Of a stretch of DNA of 64,000 nt, positions 29,208 through 38,669 are shown piece by piece. The notes beneath the pieces are model-generated. The model saw only the letters and a list, made by a program, of their open reading frames with translations. It did not search any database and was not told the origin of the DNA. Origin of the DNA: an uncultured Pseudomonadota bacterium (GTDB lineage: Bacteria > Pseudomonadota > Alphaproteobacteria > RF32 > CAG-239); contig CASGEB010000002.1 of assembly GCA_949300375.1 (NCBI GenBank), positions 1,816 through 65,815 of the forward strand, read 5' to 3'. The stretch's first letter is position 1; each line of letters starts with the position of its first letter. The position numbers were made by a program, and so were the translations under genes.

Positions 29208-30887
29208 TTATAACGGTGTTATCTCCGTATCCGGTTTTTTGAAAAAATGCATAAAGACAACCGGTTTGATGTCTGTAGCGGCATAAATCTTTTTGCGGAT
29301 TTTGGCCCGGATATATTCTTCAATGGCGCTTTCGCGATAGTTCAGTTTGACCACTTCTCCCGGAATGGATTTTATCATATCCGCCCTGATTTCCTCTTCC
29401 AGTTTATTCCAGGCATTTTCTTCCAGAATGTCAATGGAACTTATCTGCAAATCTTCCAACTGCCATTTTTCATCAAAAAAGGCGCTGATAAATACGCTGC
29501 AGTTATAGGCAATGCGTTTGCGGTTTTTAATCAGTTGCGACCCGAGGCTGGTCAGCTGTTTGCGGTCGACGCCCAGAATATCGGTCGGAACGACGCCGAC
29601 CAGTTCGTATCCGTCTTTATTAATCAACAGAACATCGCCGTTATGAACCTGGGTAACGTCTTTAACGCCGCATTCCAAAGCAAAACGCCGTTGCTCCCTG
29701 ATGTTGCGCTTGTCGCCGTGAACCGGAATAACCAGCTGCGGTTTTAACAGTTCATACATGGCTTTGATTTCTTGTTTACCGCCATGCCCGGTGGTGTGAA
29801 CATCATATTCTTCACTGGTTATGACGTCAACGCCGGCATCGCGCAGTTTTTCCTGCATCCGTTCTATTTTTTCCTCGTTTCCGGGAATAATCTTGGAGGA
29901 GAAAATAATGGCATCGCCTTTGCCGAGGCTGATATTTTTGTTTTCTCCGTTAACAATACGGGTCAGCCCGCTGCGATAATTGCCCTGCGACCCGGCACAG
30001 ATATACAGCATCTTGTCCAACGGAATGTCCGTCGCTTGTTTGGCCTCCACATAAGACGGAATATCTTTCAAAAAGCCGCAGTCTTTGGCAATGTTCATAT
30101 TCTGAATCAGGCTCATTCCGGCAATAACCGGCGTCCGGTCGGCGGCATGAGCAGCCAAAATCAGGCTCTCCATCCGGGTAATGTTAGAAGCAAAACAAGT
30201 GGCAACCAGCGTATTTTTGAAAGTCGGCACCAGCTTTATCAGATTTTCGCGGATTTCCATTTCCGACGGCGAAGGAGCTGTTTCCCGCATATTGGTCGAA
30301 TCTCCGACATAAAGGATAACGCCTTCTTTAGCGGCTTCGTGCAATGCCTGATAATCCGTGACCGACAGTTCGTTTTGCCCGTCGTCAAAACGCCAGTCCG
30401 TCGCATGGACGACATTGCCGTAGCGGGTGCGGATAATCAGCCCGCAGCTTTCCAAAGTCGAATGCACCAGTCCGGCAAATTCAACGTCAAAATTTTGCAG
30501 TTTGACGCGCGGGTGCGCCGTGGCCGAATGCAATTCAACCTCGTTTTCCAGCTTATATTCCCTTAAACGGTAAGCAATATGTCCGAGCGTAAAATCAGTG
30601 GCATATATCGGGCAACGCAGTTTGGGCCAGATATGGGCAATGGCTCCGAAATGGTCTTCATGCGCATGCGTAATAAAAATCGCCTCAATGTCCTGCTGAT
30701 AATTCTCCAGAAAAGACGGATCAGCCAGTCCCATTTCTATTCCGGGAAAGTCATCATTCAAAAAACCGTACCCGGCATCAACAACAATAATTTTTCCGTC
30801 AACGGCATAGGCGTACATATTAAAACCGACTTCTTCCGCTCCGCCTAAAGCAAAAAAATATATCCCCTCTTTGTTAAATTCGTTCAT
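29208..30887 (-). CDS. rnj: Ribonuclease J (metallo-beta-lactamase / beta-CASP)
   Basis: HAHEDHFGAI motif. N-terminus resembles RNase J. Lies downstream of birA, as in Alphaproteobacteria. Confidence 0.8.
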   Translation of the reverse strand: MNEFNKEGIYFFALGGAEEVGFNMYAYAVDGKIIVVDAGYGFLNDDFPGIEMGLADPSFLENYQQDIEAIFITHAHEDHFGAIAHIWPKLRCPIYATDFTLGHIAYRLREYKLENEVELHSATAHPRVKLQNFDVEFAGLVHSTLESCGLIIRTRYGNVVHATDWRFDDGQNELSVTDYQALHEAAKEGVILYVGDSTNMRETAPSPSEMEIRENLIKLVPTFKNTLVATCFASNITRMESLILAAHAADRTPVIAGMSLIQNMNIAKDCGFLKDIPSYVEAKQATDIPLDKMLYICAGSQGNYRSGLTRIVNGENKNISLGKGDAIIFSSKIIPGNEEKIERMQEKLRDAGVDVITSEEYDVHTTGHGGKQEIKAMYELLKPQLVIPVHGDKRNIREQRRFALECGVKDVTQVHNGDVLLINKDGYELVGVVPTDILGVDRKQLTSLGSQLIKNRKRIAYNCSVFISAFFDEKWQLEDLQISSIDILEENAWNKLEEEIRADMIKSIPGEVVKLNYRESAIEEYIRAKIRKKIYAATDIKPVVFMHFFKKPDTEITPL

Positions 30888-30896
30888 TTACAATTA

Positions 30897-31625
30897 TTAT
30901 CCTTGTTTGTCTTCCTTATAAAATACATCACCGGCATAAATTTTTTGCACTATATCACCTTTTTGCAATAATAACAATCCATTATTGTCAACGCCGGCAA
31001 ACACGCCGCATTCCTCGCCTTTTTCCGTTACGACGCGGATATCTTCGCCCTGTCCCTTTGCCATTTGCAGCCAGCGGCGGCGGATGTTTTCAAAGCCGTC
31101 TTTATGCCATATATTGCGATTCTCGTCAAATTTTTTTAAATACATTCGCAAAAAATCCAACCGGTCAATTTCAATGCCGTTTTCTTTCAGACTGGCCGAG
31201 CGGTAGAGCAGGGTGCTCAACCGGGGTGCGTCCGTAATGTTGACGCCGATGCCGATGATAATATAGCCGTTTTCGCCGTTTTCCATCAGAATACCGGAGA
31301 TTTTTCCGCCGCCGACCAAAACGTCATTCGGCCATTTTATTTTAACCTCGGCGCCTAACCCGGCAATAACGTCTGCCAGACTTAATGAAACGACAAAAAC
31401 CAGCTGTCCCAGATCTTTCAGTTCTTCTTTAACGCCCAAAGACATAAATAAGTTCCCGTCAAGGCCGATCCAGCTTCTGCCCCGGCGTCCTCTGCCGGCA
31501 TTTTGCCGGACGGCCGTTGCAACAAACTTTTCCGCCGGCGGGCACGCACTCAATATTTTTGCGTCATCGTTAGTGCTTCCGGTTTCTTCTTTATCCTGCC
31601 AATACCATCCGTTTATCGCGGTCAT
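30897..31625 (-). CDS. birA: Biotin--[acetyl-CoA-carboxylase] ligase
   Basis: GRGRRGRSW motif. 242 aa with no N-terminal HTH (group I BirA). Confidence 0.82.
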   Translation of the reverse strand: MTAINGWYWQDKEETGSTNDDAKILSACPPAEKFVATAVRQNAGRGRRGRSWIGLDGNLFMSLGVKEELKDLGQLVFVVSLSLADVIAGLGAEVKIKWPNDVLVGGGKISGILMENGENGYIIIGIGVNITDAPRLSTLLYRSASLKENGIEIDRLDFLRMYLKKFDENRNIWHKDGFENIRRRWLQMAKGQGEDIRVVTEKGEECGVFAGVDNNGLLLLQKGDIVQKIYAGDVFYKEDKQG

Positions 31626-31634
31626 CGCTTTCTC

Positions 31635-33050
31635 CTAAAATACCCTTATCAGCATCCGTTCAAAACCGCTCATCAAAAAGCGCGGCTGCACCAGGCTGAT
31701 AACAACCAAAATCAAATTAAGCGTCAGGCAAATATAAATACTCTTGTCAATTCGGTCAAAATTCATAATCGGCGAATCAAAATACACGGTTTTGACCACA
31801 ACCAGATAAGCGTTGGCCATCAAAATCAAAGACAACAACGCCACAGCCACCAGATAAAAATGATGTTCCAGCACCAGATTGTTGATGACGGACAATTTAC
31901 CGAGAAAACCAAGCATCGGCGGAGAACCGATTAACGAAACAAGAAACATCAGCAGAGCAGCGGCCAGATAAGCCTTCTGCTTGGCAATACCGGCAAATTC
32001 CCGCAGCTCAAACACATAGCGTCCCTGGCTTTTGAACCCGAGAAAAACGGTGTATATGCCCAGCATGGACATTAAATAAACAAGCAGATAAACAAACGAA
32101 CTGAACAAACTGTCGGTACTGAAAGTTATCAGGCTTATCAGAATAAAGCCGACGTTAAAAACGCTGCCGTAAGCAAACAGGCGCAGAATATTTTTTTCGC
32201 CGTTGGCTCCGACGGCGCCAAAAAACAACGATGCGACGGCAAAAATAATCAACGGTTGCTGAAAATTCCCGTATATGGGAAAGAAGACATTGATTGTCAT
32301 TGTGCAGAATGCGGCAAAATAAGCCAGAACCGGCGCCAACGTCAAATACCCGCCGACCGGCAGGATAGAATAACGGACGACGTCCAAAAACCAAAAGTGA
32401 AACGGCGCGGCGGCCATAAAGAACAACATCCCTGCCAGAATCATCGCCGCAGCATAAAGATAAATCCGTTCAATATCCGAACCCTGATGTAAAAAAGCAA
32501 AAATATCAAGATAATTCAGGCTTCCCGTCTGCCGGTAAAATATTATAATTCCTGCGGCCATCAGCAGCAAAAAAATTGCGGAAAATCCGGCATAACGATG
32601 CGCGATGACAAAAATACGATCTTCGTCAAGCCGTCGCAGAATTAAAAAATAAACCAAAATCGTATGCAAACCCAAAGCGCCCCACAACAAGGCAAAATTG
32701 TGTGCGGAAATTATAACATCGAGGCAAATAAGCGAACTGATGCTTAACATAAAATACCGAAAAGACGACCGCTCCTCGTGCAAAAACCAGCGGTATGCCA
32801 AAAAGAACCAGACAAAAGAAAACAAAAAGACTAGACATTTGAATAAGGTCGTGTAACGGCTGTTGTCATAAATTCCGGGCAATTCGCTTTTATCATAAAG
32901 GATAATGCTCAGTAGGACGGAAGCCAGCATAAAATATTTAGAAAGCGTAAAATAGGTTTTCGGGGTGGCAGAAGTCCTGAAAAGACGGATTAGTGCCAGA
33001 ACAGGCAGGCAGCAGCACAAGACGATTTCGGGCAAAAATGTTATCAGCAT
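31635..33050 (-). CDS. nuoN: NuoN-like antiporter-type membrane subunit (divergent)
   Basis: 14 TM helices. ND2-like PFHFW motif, but the following conserved segment is FLDVVRYSILPVGG rather than PDVYEGAPTPVSA. Confidence 0.6.
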   Translation of the reverse strand: MLITFLPEIVLCCCLPVLALIRLFRTSATPKTYFTLSKYFMLASVLLSIILYDKSELPGIYDNSRYTTLFKCLVFLFSFVWFFLAYRWFLHEERSSFRYFMLSISSLICLDVIISAHNFALLWGALGLHTILVYFLILRRLDEDRIFVIAHRYAGFSAIFLLLMAAGIIIFYRQTGSLNYLDIFAFLHQGSDIERIYLYAAAMILAGMLFFMAAAPFHFWFLDVVRYSILPVGGYLTLAPVLAYFAAFCTMTINVFFPIYGNFQQPLIIFAVASLFFGAVGANGEKNILRLFAYGSVFNVGFILISLITFSTDSLFSSFVYLLVYLMSMLGIYTVFLGFKSQGRYVFELREFAGIAKQKAYLAAALLMFLVSLIGSPPMLGFLGKLSVINNLVLEHHFYLVAVALLSLILMANAYLVVVKTVYFDSPIMNFDRIDKSIYICLTLNLILVVISLVQPRFLMSGFERMLIRVF

Positions 33051-33060
33051 AATGTTTCTC

Positions 33061-34494
33061 CTATCGGCCTAAAAACCATAACGGCCTGATAAACGAGGCA
33101 ATCAGGACAAAAATAATAAAGGTCATAAAGAAAAAGTATGGTTTGGAAATATCTGTAATACAACCTTTTTCAGGGCAAAAAGCGGAACTGTCTTTCAGCC
33201 GGTACAAATCCCCGAGCAGGGCGCCGGAAGAAAGAACCAGAGCGCAAACAACCGTAATCCCCAGATTAAAGCTGTTTTCCAACAGGCTTGAAATAATCAG
33301 AAAGTTGTTTAAAAACAACGAGGAAACCGGAAGCCCGATTGCCGCCAGAACCAGAAAAGAATATACAAAAGCCAGACGGGGTACGGAGCAAAGCAGGCCA
33401 TCCGTACCGAGTTCAAGTTTTTCCTGCTGGCTGCGGATATAACTTGAGACAAACTCCAGACCGGCGACAATAATCAGATAACTGAAAAAAGAAAAACCGA
33501 CATTCAGCATAACCAAGGTATTTTTGGACATCAGCCCCAGCATATACATAATATAATAAACGGTGATATAAGAGAAAAATTTATATTGGGTATCCCGGTT
33601 GATAAAGCCGATAAGCGCAATAAACAACATCGTCACAACGCCGATAATCTCCAATGCCGTTATGTAAAAAGCCGCCGAAACCGGAAATGTTTGCGGTAAA
33701 AAGCGGATTAATCCGTAAATTCCGGTCAGCGGAATCAGGTTGACGATAATAAATACCAGCGGGTTTTTAATGCTCGAACTCACACTTGCAATCCAAAAAT
33801 GAAACGGCCAGATCGGAATGCGGGATAAAAAGGAAATTAAAATCGATGCCCACATAAAGTGTTCCGTCCTGCCGTTAAAAGACAGCTGCGTTACTTTTGA
33901 TATTTCAACGGCTCCGTTTTGGTAGTTGTATAAAATGATTGTCGCCAGAAACAAAACGACCGCACCCAGAAAGTTGTAAAGGAAAAAGCGATACATAATT
34001 CCCTGACGGCGAATGTCTCCGAAAATGCCGATTAGCATAAATACCGGAAAAAGCATTGCCTCAAAGAAAATGTAAAAAGAAAACACGTCCGCAGCCAGCA
34101 AAAATCCGGTAATCTGGCTCAAAAACAACAGGGCAAAAACCATCATCGATTTTTGTTGTATCCGGTTATGCCGGACCGCTATAAACCCGATAATAAAAGC
34201 AAGATGAATAGACAGCAGCAAAAGTGCAGAAAAAACGTCAACTCCGAGAACAATGTCAATTCTTGGATTCTCCAGCCAGGTAAAGCGTTCTACCAGCTGC
34301 AATGCGGAAGATTTAACGTCCAGCCGGGAAAACATTCGCAAAATGAGCACAATATTGGCAATAACCGTAAACAGGCTGACGTTATAAACATTCCTTCCTC
34401 CGGTTTTTTCGTCATTTTTGGCGGCCAACACAAAAAGCATCCCCAAAAAGGGCAAAACGATAATAACCGACAACAGGTAAAGATTGCTGCTCAT
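33061..34494 (-). CDS. nuoM: NuoM-like antiporter-type membrane subunit (divergent)
   Basis: Polytopic, 477 aa, PFHFW motif. Positioned between the L-like and N-like genes. Confidence 0.55.
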   Translation of the reverse strand: MSSNLYLLSVIIVLPFLGMLFVLAAKNDEKTGGRNVYNVSLFTVIANIVLILRMFSRLDVKSSALQLVERFTWLENPRIDIVLGVDVFSALLLLSIHLAFIIGFIAVRHNRIQQKSMMVFALLFLSQITGFLLAADVFSFYIFFEAMLFPVFMLIGIFGDIRRQGIMYRFFLYNFLGAVVLFLATIILYNYQNGAVEISKVTQLSFNGRTEHFMWASILISFLSRIPIWPFHFWIASVSSSIKNPLVFIIVNLIPLTGIYGLIRFLPQTFPVSAAFYITALEIIGVVTMLFIALIGFINRDTQYKFFSYITVYYIMYMLGLMSKNTLVMLNVGFSFFSYLIIVAGLEFVSSYIRSQQEKLELGTDGLLCSVPRLAFVYSFLVLAAIGLPVSSLFLNNFLIISSLLENSFNLGITVVCALVLSSGALLGDLYRLKDSSAFCPEKGCITDISKPYFFFMTFIIFVLIASFIRPLWFLGR

Positions 34495-34497
34495 CTC

Positions 34498-36174
34498 CTA
34501 TCTCCCCGTATAAAGAAAAAGAATGCCCAGACCGCACAAGGCCAGCAAGATATAATTAATCAACGCCGGCTGATGAATCTTTTGTGAAACCTTGATTAAG
34601 AATTTTATCATATCAGAAAGAGAGTTAATTATGGTTCTTTCAATAATGACAAAATCTATCGTCAGCCATAAGATACGCCCTAAAACGGTTATCGGCGTTA
34701 AGACGACAAGCTCGTAAAATCGTTTGAAAAATTCTGCAAGCTGCAATTCTTCATCGGCATAATAGCGCGACAAACGGCGCAGCGGATGTATCGCCAGCAA
34801 CAGCAGGAATACGGCAAAAGCCATGACGGCGGTTCGGGAAATTTCCGGAAAGGGAAAAATATACCAGCCGCAAATCAACACTGCCGGCAGCCAGCAGTCT
34901 GCATAAGGCAGGGTTTTCAATCGTGCGCAGACGATTTCATCGGCTTGAGTCGTTCCGAAAAAAGCTTCTCTCAGAAAATGCGCCAAAGCCAGAGCCGTAA
35001 ACGATACAAACAAAACAACTTCAACGCGGGTTCCCGTTTGATTGTAATCAGAAGACAAGGTATTTTGAGCAAAAATTGCAAACCATAAAACAAAGAACAA
35101 AAACAACAGCCATAGATTTTTAAAAAAACCGCCCATTTTGGATATGTAAATTTCATCCGATGCCGCTGCGGACAAGGCGTGTATCAGCCCGTTTAAAGCC
35201 AGCATCAGCAAAAACAGCGAAAAATATGCCGAAAAGGAAAAATGAGGCGCCGCCAGAGCCATGGCATATAAAAATGCCCAGAACAGCATATTAAAACAAA
35301 GCGCCTTTTCTTTGATATCATCATATATCAACGTCCCGCCCAGGGCGTAAACGGCCGAGAGACCGGCTGCGGTACCAATTATCAAACGGCCGTATTCAAA
35401 GGCGGATAACAAAGGCAGCGTCTTTTCATAAATCAATATTCCGACCACTGGCAAACTGCTGAAACTCAAGAAAATGAGCCGGTTAAAATTCAGGTCGCGA
35501 AAACTCAGAAGTTGGTTATGAAATAAAAACAAACCGTTTTTTATCAACAGGCTTAAAAGGATAAGTCCGGCAACCAGTGGAATATGCTCGCCTTCGCGTG
35601 CATATTTTGTCAGAACGGAAAGTTCTGCCTGATGAAACTGGCTGTATATAATTGCGAAAGCCGTAAACAACGCCATATCGGAAATCAGATCATAAACAAT
35701 ATATGTTTTTTTCGATTCGTAATCGTTAATAATGTAAAGAGTCGTAATACTGATTAAAAAAGCGCTGATCATCAGGATAATCAGGTTATTGGCGCAAATC
35801 AGCAATAGTAAAAACGCCAAATTGACGCACATTAAACCGCTTAGGCGCAAACGGCGGATTTCCTGCCGTGAAAAAATATTGCAAAAAAGCGAAAACAACA
35901 ACACAATGCCTGCCGGTATCAAATAAAGATAATTGTGCTGGTTGGCCGAAAGATTGATGTCAATATGCAGGCTTTTATATTGTATCCAGTGAAAAACAAA
36001 AGGCTCCGTGTTTCCGGACAAGTAAGCCTGCCAAATCAGCCAGGCATAACTAGCGGCGCCCGCAAAAACCAATAAAGAAAAGAATCGGGCATATTTGTCT
36101 TTGGGAAGAAAAAACGCGGCTCCGCCCGTTAAAGACAGCAATATAAACAAATTTATCAGCATATTATTCGTCAT
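34498..36174 (-). CDS. nuoL: NuoL-like antiporter-type membrane subunit (divergent)
   Basis: 558 aa. DIK..LA, KMGG and PHFSFSAYFSLFLL segments align with NuoL DIKRVLAYST and FHLMTHAFFKALLFL, but the His/Lys residues are replaced. Confidence 0.6.
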   Translation of the reverse strand: MTNNMLINLFILLSLTGGAAFFLPKDKYARFFSLLVFAGAASYAWLIWQAYLSGNTEPFVFHWIQYKSLHIDINLSANQHNYLYLIPAGIVLLFSLFCNIFSRQEIRRLRLSGLMCVNLAFLLLLICANNLIILMISAFLISITTLYIINDYESKKTYIVYDLISDMALFTAFAIIYSQFHQAELSVLTKYAREGEHIPLVAGLILLSLLIKNGLFLFHNQLLSFRDLNFNRLIFLSFSSLPVVGILIYEKTLPLLSAFEYGRLIIGTAAGLSAVYALGGTLIYDDIKEKALCFNMLFWAFLYAMALAAPHFSFSAYFSLFLLMLALNGLIHALSAAASDEIYISKMGGFFKNLWLLFLFFVLWFAIFAQNTLSSDYNQTGTRVEVVLFVSFTALALAHFLREAFFGTTQADEIVCARLKTLPYADCWLPAVLICGWYIFPFPEISRTAVMAFAVFLLLLAIHPLRRLSRYYADEELQLAEFFKRFYELVVLTPITVLGRILWLTIDFVIIERTIINSLSDMIKFLIKVSQKIHQPALINYILLALCGLGILFLYTGR

Positions 36175-36253
36175 AAAGTCATTTTACTGCGACCAATATA
36201 ACAAAAAATAAGGGCTTTTAAAGCCCTTATTTTATCTTGATTGTGCATAAAAG

Positions 36254-36586
36254 CTATTTTGCCAAAGCTTCCAGGCTTTTGACAATACGAAGCGGAACCT
36301 TATATTCGCGCGCCACTTCGTCGCCGTCAATTTCAGCAATCAGAACTTCATCCACGGATTTTAACGGGACTCTGGCTTTTTCATTAATGGCGTCTAAAAA
36401 TAATGCGCTTTCGCGGCTGCGATACAAAAGAGCCACATCGCCGCCGTCATATACCATACGGGGATTCTCGGGGCCGCCGTTACGGTATTTTATGATAATC
36501 AGGATCTCTCCCGCACCATTTTGTAAAATATCGTATCTACCTTCTTGTTCTGAAATCGTATTATCAGCCATGGCTTTCCTCATCAA
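36254..36586 (-). CDS. Hypothetical soluble protein
   Basis: About 105-110 aa ORF between nuoL and tRNA-Lys. Not NuoK-like because it is not hydrophobic. Confidence 0.35.
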   Translation of the reverse strand: MMRKAMADNTISEQEGRYDILQNGAGEILIIIKYRNGGPENPRMVYDGGDVALLYRSRESALFLDAINEKARVPLKSVDEVLIAEIDGDEVAREYKVPLRIVKSLEALAK

Positions 36587-36696
36587 ATTATTATTCTGTA
36601 ATCTTCTGATATTTCAATCTGAAACTGATATTAACATATAATTATTAATAAATACAGCACAATTTTAATTTTTTTATTTTTTTTTGATTTTTTTTA

Positions 36697-36725
36697 TTGA
36701 CTATCGTTCTTTTATCCCTTATACA
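36697..36725 (+). promoter_or_regulatory. Putative sigma70-type promoter for tRNA-Lys (TTGACT-N17-TATACA)
   Basis: Canonical -35 and -10 hexamers with 17-bp spacing, 7-8 nt upstream of the tRNA 5' end. Confidence 0.5.
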
Positions 36726-36733
36726 TACCTTCG

Positions 36734-36809
36734 TATTTGATAAGGGTGCGTAGCTCAGTTGGTAGAGCATTTGACTTTTAATCAAAGGGTCTCGGGTTCG
36801 AATCCCGAC
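36734..36809 (+). tRNA. tRNA-Lys (anticodon UUU), with encoded CCA
   Basis: Cloverleaf GGGTGCG / TAGCTCAGTTGGTAGAGC / anticodon arm TTTGA-CTTTTAA-TCAAA / T-arm TCGGGTTCGAATCCCGA / acceptor CGCGCTC + ACCA. Followed by a GCCTTG..CAAGGC+T-run terminator at about 36822-36848. Confidence 0.93.
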
Positions 36810-37136
36810 GCGCTCACCACTTAAGGCCTTGTTTTTGCAAGGCTTTTTCTTTTATCTTCATCTTTTTATTTAAGATTTTCAGACTCTTTTTGAGTCTGAA
36901 TTCAGACTCTTTTCTTGATGTCTGCATTTTTGGATGACATACGGAAGACTTTGTTTTGACGGATTTTTGCGATGTTAAAAGCCTTGTCAACCAATAATGA
37001 TGACATAAATTTGCTTTTATCTGAATACGACAAACAACATTAGCTTGTATCTGAATATTAAGTTTGGGAAACTAAACTTATAAAAATTTAAGTTTAATTT
37101 TTGTGAAAAATGTAAACTTAGCAAATATCTTTGCGT

Positions 37137-37169
37137 AAAAAAAAAGCTGCGTTTTTTTTACGCAGCTTT
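37137..37169 (-). terminator. Rho-independent terminator closing the integrase-cargo operon
   Basis: Perfect AGCTGCGT/ACGCAGCT stem. Read on the minus strand it is followed by a run of nine T. Confidence 0.7.
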
Positions 37170-37194
37170 GGAATATTTTTTATTTCGGGTCTTA

Positions 37195-37482
37195 TTATAA
37201 ATTATGTCGTTTGTTATTTTTTACCGAAATAATGGTTAAAAGGATTATTCCTTCAATAATAAGTTCTGTGCAGCATGCGACGCCGGCCGCTTCTATATCA
37301 GAAATAAAGTCGGCCGTGGTGAAGGCTTTTATTGAAAAGTGAAAAAATAATATAAAAAGTGTTAACATTGATTTTTCCTTCTTGTTCCCGAGCGGGAAGA
37401 TTTTCTGATTGATTAAGAGGATTTTAATGATTTCTTCCTGTTCGGGAAGATTTTGAACTATTTCCATTTTGGAAAATACCAC
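37195..37482 (-). CDS. Small hypothetical membrane protein (prophage cargo)
   Basis: 95-aa ORF with hydrophobic segments. Last gene before the terminator. Confidence 0.3.
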   Translation of the reverse strand: MVFSKMEIVQNLPEQEEIIKILLINQKIFPLGNKKEKSMLTLFILFFHFSIKAFTTADFISDIEAAGVACCTELIIEGIILLTIISVKNNKRHNL

Positions 37483-37964
37483 TTCTTTATTTCTTCAGCT
37501 TTCCTCAAAACCTCTTCCGGTTTTACAGCTTCCCGGCAGGTATCTTGCTGAGCTTTCTCATTAAGCTGGAACAAGACTTCATTCCGGTAATATATGAGCG
37601 TTGTTCCAGGGAAATAGATTTTTAAAGTGTTATATTCCGGAACGTCTATATCAAATTTATTTTGCTGAAGCTTTTGAATAAGATCATCAAAGGTCAGGTG
37701 TTCGGAATTTCCGAACTGTTCGCCCAAACGGATTGCCCAGACCTCCGGAAGCTGAAGGTCGTTTTTTTCGGTAGTGCGGACGATTTCCTTAATTCGAAAG
37801 CGGTATTCTCCCTTATAACCGCAGGTAAATACGGCAACATCATATTGTTTGCCGATTAACCGGCTGTTCCAATAGGGTTTTATTTCCCGGTATTCGGTTG
37901 TCTTCTCTCCGGAGAGGATTTTGGCCAACCATTCTTTTTTTATCGGAAGTCTGAGCTCTTTCAT
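37458..37964 (-). CDS. ASCH-domain protein (prophage cargo)
   Basis: MKELRLPIKKEWLAKILSGEKTTEYREIKPYW matches the ASCH N-terminal beta-barrel signature. Confidence 0.55.
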   Translation of the reverse strand: MKELRLPIKKEWLAKILSGEKTTEYREIKPYWNSRLIGKQYDVAVFTCGYKGEYRFRIKEIVRTTEKNDLQLPEVWAIRLGEQFGNSEHLTFDDLIQKLQQNKFDIDVPEYNTLKIYFPGTTLIYYRNEVLFQLNEKAQQDTCREAVKPEEVLRKAEEIKKWYFPKWK

Positions 37965-37974
37965 TTGTTTGCCC

Positions 37975-38271
37975 TCACTGAAGCCCTGTTTTAAGCAGCA
38001 TCTCAATTTCTTTAACAGCTTCGTCCCTAACTTTTCTTAACTTTTTGGGAAGTTTCAACTCTAAAAAAGCCAGAGCATGGACAATATCTGCTTCTGGTCC
38101 AAACAAACCAAAGACGTTGTTGTTTGGTTCGTTTTTATAAAATGCCAAAAATACACCGTGAGAAAATTCTTCGAGATTAAGTGTTCTCCCTTGAAGTCCT
38201 GTGTCTAATTCTTCCCGGGTTACCATATAATTATTCATATCTTGTCCCAAAATGTTTTGATTGTCAGACAT
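37975..38271 (-). CDS. Hypothetical protein (prophage cargo)
   Basis: 98-aa ORF tightly packed in the operon. Confidence 0.35.
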   Translation of the reverse strand: MSDNQNILGQDMNNYMVTREELDTGLQGRTLNLEEFSHGVFLAFYKNEPNNNVFGLFGPEADIVHALAFLELKLPKKLRKVRDEAVKEIEMLLKTGLQ

Positions 38272-38303
38272 TACATTCTCCTTTGCCTGTGTGAATAAAG
38301 GTT

Positions 38304-38657
38304 TTATACCGCTTTTTCTTCAGAAAAATATTTTCGTTCTGTAAATTCAGCTTTCTTGCCCTGGTTAAATTCGGATTCCGGCCGAAAATATCCCATGACG
38401 CGCGTCCAGATTTCGCAGCGTTGGCGTTCTTCGTCTTTCAACTCGCCATAGCGGTTAATCAGCTCACGCTCAAGCAAAAACATGACACGATCCCAAATAT
38501 CCAGCTCGGCAGGCGTTGCCTTTTCGCTGTCATGCGGATTGGCATTGCGGGCCCCGTATTTGCAAACAACGACAAGGTCTTCGGCCGTAATATCTTTATT
38601 GTCGACCATGTCGTTTAAAATCATTAAAATTTTTTGAAAATCAGTTTGTTGCTGCAT
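38304..38657 (-). CDS. Small protein with an NrdD-like C-terminal glycyl-radical motif; possibly a GrcA-like spare part for class III ribonucleotide reductase
   Basis: C-terminus TRVMGYFRPESEFNQGKKAEFTERKYF compared with the remembered E. coli NrdD tail RRVCGYLGSPDARPFNAGKQEEVKRRVKH. AAGGA ribosome-binding site. No zinc-ribbon Cys are present. Confidence 0.45.
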   Translation of the reverse strand: MQQQTDFQKILMILNDMVDNKDITAEDLVVVCKYGARNANPHDSEKATPAELDIWDRVMFLLERELINRYGELKDEERQRCEIWTRVMGYFRPESEFNQGKKAEFTERKYFSEEKAV

Positions 38658-38669
38658 TTTTTTGTCCTT

